DNA from: a virus | Taxonomy: Duplodnaviria > Caudoviricetes | Direction: 5' to 3' (one strand) | DNA length: 64,000 bases | IMG/VR virus record: IMGVR_UViG_3300046028_001578 | Location: 486-64,485 of that record | Part shown: piece by piece, positions 7,117 to 16,962 of the stretch | Numbering within the stretch: position 1 is the first letter of the stretch | Layout: every line of letters starts with the position of its first letter | Translations under genes and position numbers: made by a program | Notes under the pieces: generated by a model | Database searches by the model: none | What the model saw: only the letters and a program-made list of their open reading frames with translations | Told to the model about the DNA's origin: nothing

Positions 7117-10100
7117 TTATGGTTTATTGATACGCTTTAGTAAATCAGCTAGGGGCGCAGATGTACCAGCTGCATTACCTTCTGCGAAAGGAATACTAGG
7201 GGAACCCTTAGGTTGTCCCATGAATGCATTAGCCTTACGGTATGCCTCGCCCTCTTGTGCAAGATTCCTAGTGGCAGTAGGTATAGACCCACTAAACATT
7301 CTAGAGGCATCACTTGATACACTCTGGTTCATCTTATTAGCATAAGGTGTTGCTGGTCTTTGAACAACATTAAGATATCGTTCCAGACCTGCCTTCTCAT
7401 CTAAAGCTAAAGACTCTTCTAGGATTCTTACGGGAACCGCAAGAGGTGATTTATTAATTAAAGCTGGACCTATAATAGAAGCATTGGTTAAACCTCCCAA
7501 TGCTGTAGGGATATCGCCTTCCTTAATAGCACTGTAAGCTTTAGATAAACCCTTGTCTGTTCTGCTGAACATTGAAGAAATAACACCAAGACCGGGAGTA
7601 CTGAGTTCCATTGTTGGACTAAAGAGACTTCCACCTGATACCTTATTCAATGCCATTTCAAACACTGAGTTAGCAATTCCAAACAGAGGAATGGAGTGTG
7701 CTACTCTAGTAAGGATGCTAGCAGGGTTATCAACCATCTCCTTAGCAATGTCTGAGACATCTCTACCCATTAACCATTCCTTAATCATATTAACGAATCC
7801 GTCAATAGCTGCATAGGCTGCTAAGAACTTTAGATATCCAAGACTACTCTTGTTTGAATAGTCAACAATACGACCATCATGGAAAGCTCTAAGCCACCCG
7901 GTAAGAGCATAGATTACTCTACCAAGGGAACTACGACTTTCCATATCTGTCATCTTGTTTAAGCCGTATGGCTCTGGTGCTCTCTTTCGAGCAATCTCTG
8001 CTTCGATAGCATGCATGTAACTTTTTACTGCGCTATCTAAGGTATCAACATTAATACCATCTACAGGTCTTCTACGAACATCTTCAGCCAGTCTTTGAAG
8101 CTCATGGAAGTTAACTCTACCTTCTTTGTCACCAACCTTATCTATTGCCCATTCCAAATGAGTAAGCACTTCAGTTGTATTTAAACCATACTTAAGATAC
8201 ATGAGTGCTTCATGAGGATCTTTACCAAACCCAATCTCTCTAGCTAGACCAGCAAACTTCTTCCATAGAGTTCTTTCTGCTCGTGCAGATTTCAGAGAAG
8301 CTTCTAAGTAATTAGTAAACAACTGTCTATTAGCGGGATCTTCCATTGCTTTAATAAGCTTTTGGATTCTTCCTTTTTTAAGATTAGTAAAGATATCTCT
8401 TTGCATTTCATGTTTAGCTAACTGACGAACAAAGTTAGTTATCTGTGCAAGAGAACCAAAAGACTGTGCTCCTCGCTCTACTTTTTCAGCCAACTGTCCA
8501 GCCTTGTTATCATACTTGGGTTTTAGATTTGTATTGAATACATCTACTGTAGAATCAATCTCATAAGCTCCTTTGTTTAGTTGCTCAATATATCTATTGC
8601 TCATTTCAGGCATTAGACTTTGAAGACTAAAACTAATATCCCCAATTGGAGAATTTAAGAAAGCTGATTTAGATGAACGGTACTTACCAAAGATATGTTT
8701 AAAAGCTTCAGCTGCTGTTTTAGGATAGTCTACCACATTCGTATGTGTTAAGACATTTACAACTTCAGGACCAGCACTTAACCAAAAGCCGGGTGAGGTT
8801 GCAATACGAGCAAGAGTTAAACCACCTTCAGCCACAGTACCAGCAGAAGTTTTTTCTGAATAGGGTAATGTATTAACATTAGATCTATACTCTTCTCTAA
8901 GGCGAGTAATACCACGCTTTAAAGATTCCTGAGCAGCTTTGGTTCTTCGCTCTGACCAGCCTTCTTTCTTTGCTCGTGCATCTAAAGATTTGCTTTCATA
9001 TTCTAAACCAACATTAAGAGCATCTTCAATTGTAGTACCAGTACGACCAAACATACGATCTAGTTCTTTTTGGAATAACAACTCTGTGAGTCTACCACTT
9101 AAGAAGAAGTGTTGAGCTTCTGCTAGATTAGTACGGATAATACTTTTTAGGATACCAGTAGTATCAGCTAAGATTTCTTCAGGAGTTAAACCAGCAATGG
9201 CTAATTGAACATCTTCTCGTTGATCCATTTTTAAGAGTGGTCTATCTTGACCCTTAGTTTCAATGTATCGACCACGCTTCATCTTATGTTCCAGTAGTTC
9301 AAGCATTTCAACTCTAACTAACTCTTGGTTATTTAAAGCCTTCTGCCAGCGTGGTGTATACATAGAAGTATCACCACTAACTGCTGTATCATAAATTAAA
9401 AGATCAGCAGGAGATAGATCGGCTCTAGCCTTTGGAACTCGGTATGGAGTTACAACACTATTTGATTCAATAACAAAGGTATTGTAAGGATCACCGTGTC
9501 TTGCTAGGGATGCAATCGTGCTTGTTGTAGGTCCACCCAAAGATCCATCTATCTTAAGAATCTTAAGAGTCTCTGCAGATAGTGATCTACTGCCGGGTCC
9601 ATTAGAGAAGGTGCGGTTTCTTAATAATAAACCACCAGTGTCTCCTCCACCAACAGCATTAGCATCTAGCCAACCAAGAACAATTAAAGTATTAAGATCT
9701 AGTCTATCTCCCATCTTACGCTGTCTACGGGAAGTAGCTAGGGCTTCTAACACAGCAGTTGTATCAGCAGCACTCATACGATTTAGTTTCTCATGATCAA
9801 GCTGGACATTCATCCAAGTCTTAGGATCATAAGGATTACCATTAACATCATATGCAACACCTAGTTCTGTTTCTCTACTAAGCCGGAGGAATAGATCTTT
9901 AGTTCTAAAGTCTATATCCACTAGATTAAGTATTGAGGGTAAGATATCTTTTGCTGCAGCTTCTTCCATACCCATATCTTTAACTAAGCCAGCAACAGTA
10001 ATCTCTTCTCCCTTGGCAATCTTTTCCCACATATAGTTCTGGAATCGCTCCATTACTTTTGTAGTACCACCAAAGTTTTTTAAGACATCTAACTGAGCCG

Positions 10101-13100
10101 ATGCTAGTCTAAGTAAGATACGACTTTCCATACCTTTAGCAGATAGGAGAGTCTGAATTGGAATCTCACCGGGAGCAACTAATAGACCCGTTACATTACG
10201 AGTACCATCCATTAGTGATGCAAAGACTCTTATGATTGGAAAATCACTTCTAAAAGTATCACCAAGTCTAGATGCTCCTTGAAGAATATTAACTAAACTA
10301 CTTGTACTTGCTTGCCACCAATTTCGTTCTGCTCTATTGCTACCACCAAAGATATGACCAATAAAACTAGACATGCGTAAAGGCATAGCCATTCTTTTAG
10401 CAACAGATAAAAGACTAGCAAGAGTTGCTTTTTCTTTTGAGACAACTTCTTCAGTCTTAGCTGGAACTTCAGGTATAGCAGGTGCAACAGGTTTAGTTGG
10501 ATCTACAGGCTCAGTAGGTTTAGTTGGATCTACAGGCTCAGTAGGTTTAGGAGGACTTACTTCGTCAACAGGTTTTGCTGTTGGTGTTGGCTTTTCCTCA
10601 GCTACTGGTTCTGGGAAAGGCGATGGTTCAACAACCTTAACCATCTTTCTTTTCTTTCCAACTATTTTATATTCTCCGTCTACTGATCTAATTTCAACAT
10701 CAACCCCAAGAAGAACTGGTGCTAAGTATTCTCTATGAATCTTTTTTGCAGCTGTTTCTAAAAGAGCTGAATCCGACAGTCTTTTATAACCGGGATCAGT
10801 AGCAATGCGTTTTAACTCTGCTGCTCGTAATGTATCTACAGTCTTCCAGAATTCATTTACTTTATCTTGACCAAACTTAGTTAAATTAGATTTTTGAATT
10901 GAATCATTAATACTAACATAGATAGAGAAAAGTTTTTGGAATAGAGGAGTTGCAGATGTTTTGGCTCCCCCAGTATCAAACCCTTTCATGACTGTCCAAT
11001 ATGCTTTCTGGAAATGACTGAGGAACTTAACATCAATACCGTTGGCTCTAGCCAAAGCAGCATCTTCATTGACAACACGCTCAAAGTTAATGTGCTCTTC
11101 AGTCTCAACAAGTGGAGTCTTAACTGGCTTTGGAGCTGGTTTCTTAACTACATTGACTACTGGTGTAGCTTCTGTAATTTTAGGTGGATCAACCTTTGCA
11201 ATAGTTGTTACACCATCCTTCATAACCAAAGTTCCATCAGAATCTTCAATACGAGCAGAGCCAAGTGAAGTTGCTTCAGTCTTAGGTTTAACTAATACTT
11301 CACCCTCTGTTGTAGTTGTAACAACATCCTTGTCAGGCACTGCTAGTGCTTCTTTAACTAAAGGATCAGTATGATTAGCAATAAGTTTATCAGCAGCTTC
11401 AGCGGTCATAACCTCAGGACCAATTTGTTTACCATCAGCATTGGTCAGTGTATAAACAACTGTAGTGTTTGCTGGTGGTACTGCTTCAGGAATGGGAACT
11501 TCCTTTTTCTTTGCTTTTGAACGAAGTGCCATTGCATCAGTTACTTGAGTAGCAACCATCTGTTTAATCATTTCTGGAGCTACTGGAGTTACAACTGGTT
11601 GCGGCTCTATTTTTGTTAACTTAGGAACTTCAGTTAAAGCTCTAATTTTATTAGCTAATGGACCAGTAGGATTTAAGTTACCGTCTTTCATACCCTCAAA
11701 ACCTTCAAGGATATCTCGCGGAGTTAACTTTAACATAGCTTGTACTTCACCTAATTTAGCTAATGAAGCAGATCTAATTTCTTGAACCCTAGAAATTTCT
11801 AAAGGTCTACCAAAGATTACTTCAGATTTTGTTGCTAATTCTGCATCAGTTGGAATTGCTTTTCTAGCACCACCTGCTAAAGTTGTTGTACCTCTTACAA
11901 GATAATCCCATAGTTTTCTTTGATCTTCATCAAAAAGTTTAGTGAGAGTTTTAGCATTGGGATCTAAGAAACGCATAAAGGAATCTACTTGATATAAGAA
12001 AGTTCCTCTTACCATATCCTGAGTTTTAGCAGGGGCAACTTCTTTTTCTCCTGCAGTAGTTACAATGGGCATGCTAACAACTTCTAATTCAAAAGTTTCT
12101 CCAGATACAGTAGTCTTTCCCGTTGACTCAGTATTGCGTGGCTTAGTTGTTTCTAGTTCAAAGTTAATTGCTAAGAGTTCATCTTGAAGGTCTTTTGCTG
12201 TTTCTTTATCCCCAGATTCAATAGCTTTTTGTAGTTTAGCTTCAGCAGTTTTTTTAAGTTTTTCTAATTTAGTAATGCCAGGAACCTTTAAGTTCTGACC
12301 TTTTCCTTGTATATCTTTTAAAGCATTTTTAGCAGAAGTAACTAAAAGTTTACGAAGATCTGTAACATTCGTTAGTCCACCACTTGCTATTAAACTTTCA
12401 AAATACAAATCACCATCCTTTGTTTTTTCTGTAAAGGATAATAGCTTTGATTGTATTGCATCTAAAGCATTTGCTAAATTTTTAGTGTCACCTAGTACCA
12501 TTCGTAATACCAACTTACCTTGAGGATGAGCAGGATTAGTTAAATCACCTAAGTGTTTTAAAATATTATCCATTGTTAGGATAACAGAATCGGAAGCTTC
12601 AGGTACATCACTAGCATAATCTTTAAGAGTTCTAGTTTTTTTACCTGCAGTTACTGGTGCTTTTGGTTCAGCAACTTTTTCTTTTACTAAAGACCATTTC
12701 TGGATATTCTTATCATAATACAACTTATTATTTTTTACTAAAGTACTTAGTAACTTTACTGCTTCAAATGGATCATTAGATCTACTGATAGCTGCTAATG
12801 TAAATGGATCAATGATATCCATAATACCAGTTATAGCAGTTGCTGCATCTTTTTTTGTAACAGTATCCAAGGCAGCTGCAAAGCCTTCAGTCGTAAATGG
12901 AATTACACCCCTATCAACTGAAACTTCTGTTTCATTTTTAGGTTTTATTTCACTAGGTCTGACTTTTGGTTTGTTTGCTATCTGTGCTGCAAGATGTGCT
13001 ACAAGAATATCAGCATCAACTGCTGCTAAACTTATTATATCTACAAGACCGTTGGGAGTCACAAGTCCATGTTTTAAAGTGCCTTTAACTCTAAATACAA

Positions 13101-16100
13101 CTGAGTTACTTGTTGTAAAATCACTCTGTAATTGTCGTAAAAGAGGTTGCCATTCTGACTCATTAAAAAGAACTGGACTATCTTTATGTCCTTTACCTGT
13201 ATACTGCATCATCATCATTGCTACTGTATTATGTATACTATTATAAGGTAGAAATGTTTGACGGCTAGTATCCTCTGTATCTAGAGTTGAAATATAAGTT
13301 GAGCCTACATTGGTTTTATCCGCAACTAATGCTTTAAAGATTCTTTGATGAAATTCAGTTTCTTCTAATAGTTTTAAAAAGAAAACAAAATCATACAAAC
13401 TTTTTGTGAATCTAGGACCCATAGGCTCGTCAACAACAAGAGTTTTTCCATGTGCTTTTAATAAAGTATATGCTCCTAGTGCATGTGGGGTGTCAACGAT
13501 TATATCTTCTATAAATTGAAATTCTGCTTTAGTAAATGAAACCCGACTTTTTGCACCTGTTATTACATCTTTAATTGGGAGATTATTCCAATACGCAATT
13601 GATCCAACTGTGGAGTTAAAAACATCATCTCTTGCATTATACAAATCAAAGAAAACTTTACTAACACTAAGTTCTGGTTGTAGTAAAGTTTGTGTTCTTT
13701 GCATTTCCATTATTAAAGGTTGTGCAGCTCTAAAATAATGAGACTCATCTAATACATAAACAACATCTATCACCCGGTCTAGAATATCCTCTATAATGTT
13801 AAACATAAAATGTTTTTGACTTGGAGTAAATGATGCTACTAATTCGGCTTGTCCCCTAGCAAAAACAAATTGTGAGTAAGTTTCAACAAATAATTCTTCA
13901 GCGTTTTTAAAAAAGTATGGAATCTGATAAGTACGCATAAGATCAGTTGTACCAAATATTGGTGCTTTGCTAATTTCCTGATTATACAGTTCCAGCATTT
14001 CTATATATTTTGTAGGTCCAAAAGATTCATGTATAATTGCATGTCCAATTTCATGAAGAAATGTTTTTGCAGTTAAAGAAGAAGGAGTATTTACAGTAGC
14101 TGCATTAGCCTTTTTTATGCTTTCAGTAAATATAACAAGTTTAATATTTGCAGGATCGGTTACATAATCAAATGCACCTATAGCAATACTGTTAGGATCA
14201 GCATCAAACACATATTTTACATCAAAAGCTTTTGAATCAAAATCAAACTCTAAAGCTACTGCCAATAAAATTGTTCTATCTTCTTTAGACATTATACCAT
14301 GAACATCAACCATGTCATTTATAAAATCAAAAAATCTTATGGAATTAACCTCTGCCATTATAGTTGGAGCTTTATCGCTAACTATCTTTAAAAAATTGTA
14401 ATGGTTTTGTGCTAGTTGTTGAATCTTAGCTTTTTTTTCTGCACTCATTGTTCGTTTAACAACTCTTTGAACTATCTTAGTAATCTTAGCAATTTTGTTA
14501 GTTTGAATTCCGGCAATGCTTGCTTTGACAACACCTGCAGTTTCTTCTGATATTCTACCTGTAACAGCATTCTCAAGCGTAGCAGCATCAACTGCTGCTG
14601 AAACTTCGGGAGGAAGGTTATCTGGCTTCTGCTTTGTTCGGGCTGCTTCTAACAACTGTGCTGCTACAGAATCTGCAGCTGCATTACGCGTTGCTGCAGA
14701 GACTGCAGTATCACGAGCAATAGCAACACGATCTGCTACGGGTTGACCACGAAGTGAGGTATAGAATTCTTTTCGTTCTACCTTGGTTAACTGCTTAATA
14801 GAATTAGTAAGCCATCGCTTACGATCTCGTTCTAGTTTAGTATAGAATGTTTCTCTATCTTTAGGAAGAGCCTTTCCACTATGTCCAGCTGTTTCTGCTG
14901 CTTTAGCTTCTGTAATACGAGCTTCAGCATCAATAAGAATTCTAGCTCTACTAGTTGGACTCATGTTAAAGATAGTTGAACCATCATTACCAATCGTATC
15001 ATTAGCTGCAACATCCGCATTAGTTCGTCTACCTAGTTCAGATAGGAACTCTAATGAGTTACTGATTGTTCTATTAAGACCCATACGACTAGCGTACTGC
15101 GCTCTAGTTTCATTATCCAATCTAGCCATCTGAGATGACACAGGCTTAGAGGCAGCAGCGTCAGCAGTGTCAGCAGCCCTAGCTCCTGCACGGTTAACTT
15201 GAGTTTGTGTCTCTGTTGCAAGGTCATCTATAGTTGGTTTGGTGTCCTTCATTAAGGCTTCATTAATTACAACCTCTGCGGGTTGTTTATTTAATAATGT
15301 GCCAGCTCTTGTTTTAATACTACCGAAAGCATCTGCAAGTTCACCAAAGGGAGTATTCTTAAAGGTAAAGCTCCGCTCACCTCTAACTGTTATTGGTTGT
15401 ACTCCCGGAAGTCTTATTGTTTGTTTAACACCAAATAAACCACTGGATAACGCACCTGTTAAAGAACTTAGTATAGAACTACCTGCAAATAAAACAGAGC
15501 CAGTAATTGCACCATGTCCAAAAGATTCAAAGACTCTATAGTTATCAAACTCAATCTGAGCTTCTGGGTCAGCGTATTCAAGGGCAGCTGCATAAGCCAT
15601 TTCACTTTCTTGAACGGCTATATCATGCAATGCACTGATGCTACCTAAGGAAGCAGCACTAGCTCCTAAGCGTACAAAGATAGAAGAATTAGCAAGGTAT
15701 GCAGGGTGTGCTCCAATTGGTAATGTTGTTAATGCACCAAAGACTTTACCAGTTGCACCAACAACTCTTCGGGCGTTAATAGCAGACATTGTGCCTGTTT
15801 TAACTAACTGATAAGCAGTAGCTTTACCTAAAGTCTGTCCTAGTAAAGCACCACCAACTTTTACTAATCCACCAACAGCACCTGTTGTTAACATAAAAGG
15901 AACAAAGTCTGGTGTTAATACCATTCCTTCCGCAAATGGAACTATGGTTCGTAGTGTAGATTTTGTTAACCAATTTGCATTAGCAGTATAGTTAGCAATA
16001 CGACTTTGAATATTAGATACTGTCATAGCTCGTTTAATATAGAACTCTGCTTCATCTGCATTTCTAGCAGAGATAACCATCTCTAAAGAAATACCATTAT

Positions 16101-16926
16101 CAAACATAGCTTCTCTAATAATAGGATCTTTTGTTTTTTCTTCAAACCATGCCTGTGCGTTGAAGTTTGTATCTTTTCTAACAAGCATCTGTTCAATGTC
16201 AGCTGTATCTTTCGGCATCAATCCGTTACGCTCTTCTTCAGGAGTACGCCAAGCATCAGCAGCGGTGGCTGTATACCACTTCCAAACGCCACCAGCAATA
16301 GCTTGTGTGTCTCTATTAGAGGCTTCCTGTACATCTAATATACCATAAGTTTTGGGTGCAGATTGTGCTTTACGAACAGAAGCAAAAGTTAAATAATCTA
16401 TAGTTTCTTTAATTCGTAATTGGTTTTGTGTTAATGCTAGCGGATCAACAATTGCACCCGCTGGTTCATTATTCATCAACAGAGTCAAACGCTCTCGTGC
16501 CGTTTGAATCCCTTCTTCAGTTAACTGGCTATCTCCATACAGAATTCGTTGAACCGGACTTCTTGCTAAAAAGAGTGCTTTAATAGCAGCACCTTTTATG
16601 GGATCATTAAAAAGTTTTTTATCTGTTATTCCCCACACATTTGCAAGATTAAACAATGATTCATACGAACCTTGTGTAGCTCCTACATTAGCTTCTAAAT
16701 CATTTATATTTCGCCAAGTATCAAATGCTTCTTGTCTTCTTGCATATGCGTCACGATCCCATATATCTCTAGTATCTATCCATCTAGAGGGGGAATTAAA
16801 AAAGGTTGGTATGTTTCTATTTGCAGTGGGTAGCCCACGAAACTCAGCATCTTTAACTTCTAGTGATAAAGGTGTTTGATCTGGGGTTTGTAACGGTTTA
16901 GCTGATAGGTTAATATAATCAGACAT
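7117..16926 (-). CDS. giant (3269 aa) internal virion / ejection polyprotein with zincin HExxH and sigma-70-like modules
   Basis: Last gene of the core-protein cluster (T7 gp16-like position); hydrophobic helices near aa 340-500 and near the C terminus; FLHEIGH...EELFVE; sigma region 2/4-like motifs at about aa 1467-1728. Confidence 0.7.
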   Translation of the reverse strand: MSDYINLSAKPLQTPDQTPLSLEVKDAEFRGLPTANRNIPTFFNSPSRWIDTRDIWDRDAYARRQEAFDTWRNINDLEANVGATQGSYESLFNLANVWGITDKKLFNDPIKGAAIKALFLARSPVQRILYGDSQLTEEGIQTARERLTLLMNNEPAGAIVDPLALTQNQLRIKETIDYLTFASVRKAQSAPKTYGILDVQEASNRDTQAIAGGVWKWYTATAADAWRTPEEERNGLMPKDTADIEQMLVRKDTNFNAQAWFEEKTKDPIIREAMFDNGISLEMVISARNADEAEFYIKRAMTVSNIQSRIANYTANANWLTKSTLRTIVPFAEGMVLTPDFVPFMLTTGAVGGLVKVGGALLGQTLGKATAYQLVKTGTMSAINARRVVGATGKVFGALTTLPIGAHPAYLANSSIFVRLGASAASLGSISALHDIAVQESEMAYAAALEYADPEAQIEFDNYRVFESFGHGAITGSVLFAGSSILSSLTGALSSGLFGVKQTIRLPGVQPITVRGERSFTFKNTPFGELADAFGSIKTRAGTLLNKQPAEVVINEALMKDTKPTIDDLATETQTQVNRAGARAADTADAAASKPVSSQMARLDNETRAQYASRMGLNRTISNSLEFLSELGRRTNADVAANDTIGNDGSTIFNMSPTSRARILIDAEARITEAKAAETAGHSGKALPKDRETFYTKLERDRKRWLTNSIKQLTKVERKEFYTSLRGQPVADRVAIARDTAVSAATRNAAADSVAAQLLEAARTKQKPDNLPPEVSAAVDAATLENAVTGRISEETAGVVKASIAGIQTNKIAKITKIVQRVVKRTMSAEKKAKIQQLAQNHYNFLKIVSDKAPTIMAEVNSIRFFDFINDMVDVHGIMSKEDRTILLAVALEFDFDSKAFDVKYVFDADPNSIAIGAFDYVTDPANIKLVIFTESIKKANAATVNTPSSLTAKTFLHEIGHAIIHESFGPTKYIEMLELYNQEISKAPIFGTTDLMRTYQIPYFFKNAEELFVETYSQFVFARGQAELVASFTPSQKHFMFNIIEDILDRVIDVVYVLDESHYFRAAQPLIMEMQRTQTLLQPELSVSKVFFDLYNARDDVFNSTVGSIAYWNNLPIKDVITGAKSRVSFTKAEFQFIEDIIVDTPHALGAYTLLKAHGKTLVVDEPMGPRFTKSLYDFVFFLKLLEETEFHQRIFKALVADKTNVGSTYISTLDTEDTSRQTFLPYNSIHNTVAMMMMQYTGKGHKDSPVLFNESEWQPLLRQLQSDFTTSNSVVFRVKGTLKHGLVTPNGLVDIISLAAVDADILVAHLAAQIANKPKVRPSEIKPKNETEVSVDRGVIPFTTEGFAAALDTVTKKDAATAITGIMDIIDPFTLAAISRSNDPFEAVKLLSTLVKNNKLYYDKNIQKWSLVKEKVAEPKAPVTAGKKTRTLKDYASDVPEASDSVILTMDNILKHLGDLTNPAHPQGKLVLRMVLGDTKNLANALDAIQSKLLSFTEKTKDGDLYFESLIASGGLTNVTDLRKLLVTSAKNALKDIQGKGQNLKVPGITKLEKLKKTAEAKLQKAIESGDKETAKDLQDELLAINFELETTKPRNTESTGKTTVSGETFELEVVSMPIVTTAGEKEVAPAKTQDMVRGTFLYQVDSFMRFLDPNAKTLTKLFDEDQRKLWDYLVRGTTTLAGGARKAIPTDAELATKSEVIFGRPLEISRVQEIRSASLAKLGEVQAMLKLTPRDILEGFEGMKDGNLNPTGPLANKIRALTEVPKLTKIEPQPVVTPVAPEMIKQMVATQVTDAMALRSKAKKKEVPIPEAVPPANTTVVYTLTNADGKQIGPEVMTAEAADKLIANHTDPLVKEALAVPDKDVVTTTTEGEVLVKPKTEATSLGSARIEDSDGTLVMKDGVTTIAKVDPPKITEATPVVNVVKKPAPKPVKTPLVETEEHINFERVVNEDAALARANGIDVKFLSHFQKAYWTVMKGFDTGGAKTSATPLFQKLFSIYVSINDSIQKSNLTKFGQDKVNEFWKTVDTLRAAELKRIATDPGYKRLSDSALLETAAKKIHREYLAPVLLGVDVEIRSVDGEYKIVGKKRKMVKVVEPSPFPEPVAEEKPTPTAKPVDEVSPPKPTEPVDPTKPTEPVDPTKPVAPAIPEVPAKTEEVVSKEKATLASLLSVAKRMAMPLRMSSFIGHIFGGSNRAERNWWQASTSSLVNILQGASRLGDTFRSDFPIIRVFASLMDGTRNVTGLLVAPGEIPIQTLLSAKGMESRILLRLASAQLDVLKNFGGTTKVMERFQNYMWEKIAKGEEITVAGLVKDMGMEEAAAKDILPSILNLVDIDFRTKDLFLRLSRETELGVAYDVNGNPYDPKTWMNVQLDHEKLNRMSAADTTAVLEALATSRRQRKMGDRLDLNTLIVLGWLDANAVGGGDTGGLLLRNRTFSNGPGSRSLSAETLKILKIDGSLGGPTTSTIASLARHGDPYNTFVIESNSVVTPYRVPKARADLSPADLLIYDTAVSGDTSMYTPRWQKALNNQELVRVEMLELLEHKMKRGRYIETKGQDRPLLKMDQREDVQLAIAGLTPEEILADTTGILKSIIRTNLAEAQHFFLSGRLTELLFQKELDRMFGRTGTTIEDALNVGLEYESKSLDARAKKEGWSERRTKAAQESLKRGITRLREEYRSNVNTLPYSEKTSAGTVAEGGLTLARIATSPGFWLSAGPEVVNVLTHTNVVDYPKTAAEAFKHIFGKYRSSKSAFLNSPIGDISFSLQSLMPEMSNRYIEQLNKGAYEIDSTVDVFNTNLKPKYDNKAGQLAEKVERGAQSFGSLAQITNFVRQLAKHEMQRDIFTNLKKGRIQKLIKAMEDPANRQLFTNYLEASLKSARAERTLWKKFAGLAREIGFGKDPHEALMYLKYGLNTTEVLTHLEWAIDKVGDKEGRVNFHELQRLAEDVRRRPVDGINVDTLDSAVKSYMHAIEAEIARKRAPEPYGLNKMTDMESRSSLGRVIYALTGWLRAFHDGRIVDYSNKSSLGYLKFLAAYAAIDGFVNMIKEWLMGRDVSDIAKEMVDNPASILTRVAHSIPLFGIANSVFEMALNKVSGGSLFSPTMELSTPGLGVISSMFSRTDKGLSKAYSAIKEGDIPTALGGLTNASIIGPALINKSPLAVPVRILEESLALDEKAGLERYLNVVQRPATPYANKMNQSVSSDASRMFSGSIPTATRNLAQEGEAYRKANAFMGQPKGSPSIPFAEGNAAGTSAPLADLLKRINKP
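10489..10550. repeat. 27-bp tandem repeat (2.3 copies) encoding PTKPTEPVD linker
   Basis: aggtttagttggatctacaggctcagt twice plus a partial copy. Confidence 0.9.
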
Positions 16927-16962
16927 TCAGTGCCTTTCTGGGAGCATTGCGCCATGAATAGG

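Noticed and set aside
7117-16926. 3269-aa protein as an N4-type or crAss-type virion RNA polymerase
   Set aside because: Size fits, but I found no DxxGR / R-x3-K-x7-YG set and no DFDxD motif; not excluded without structure prediction
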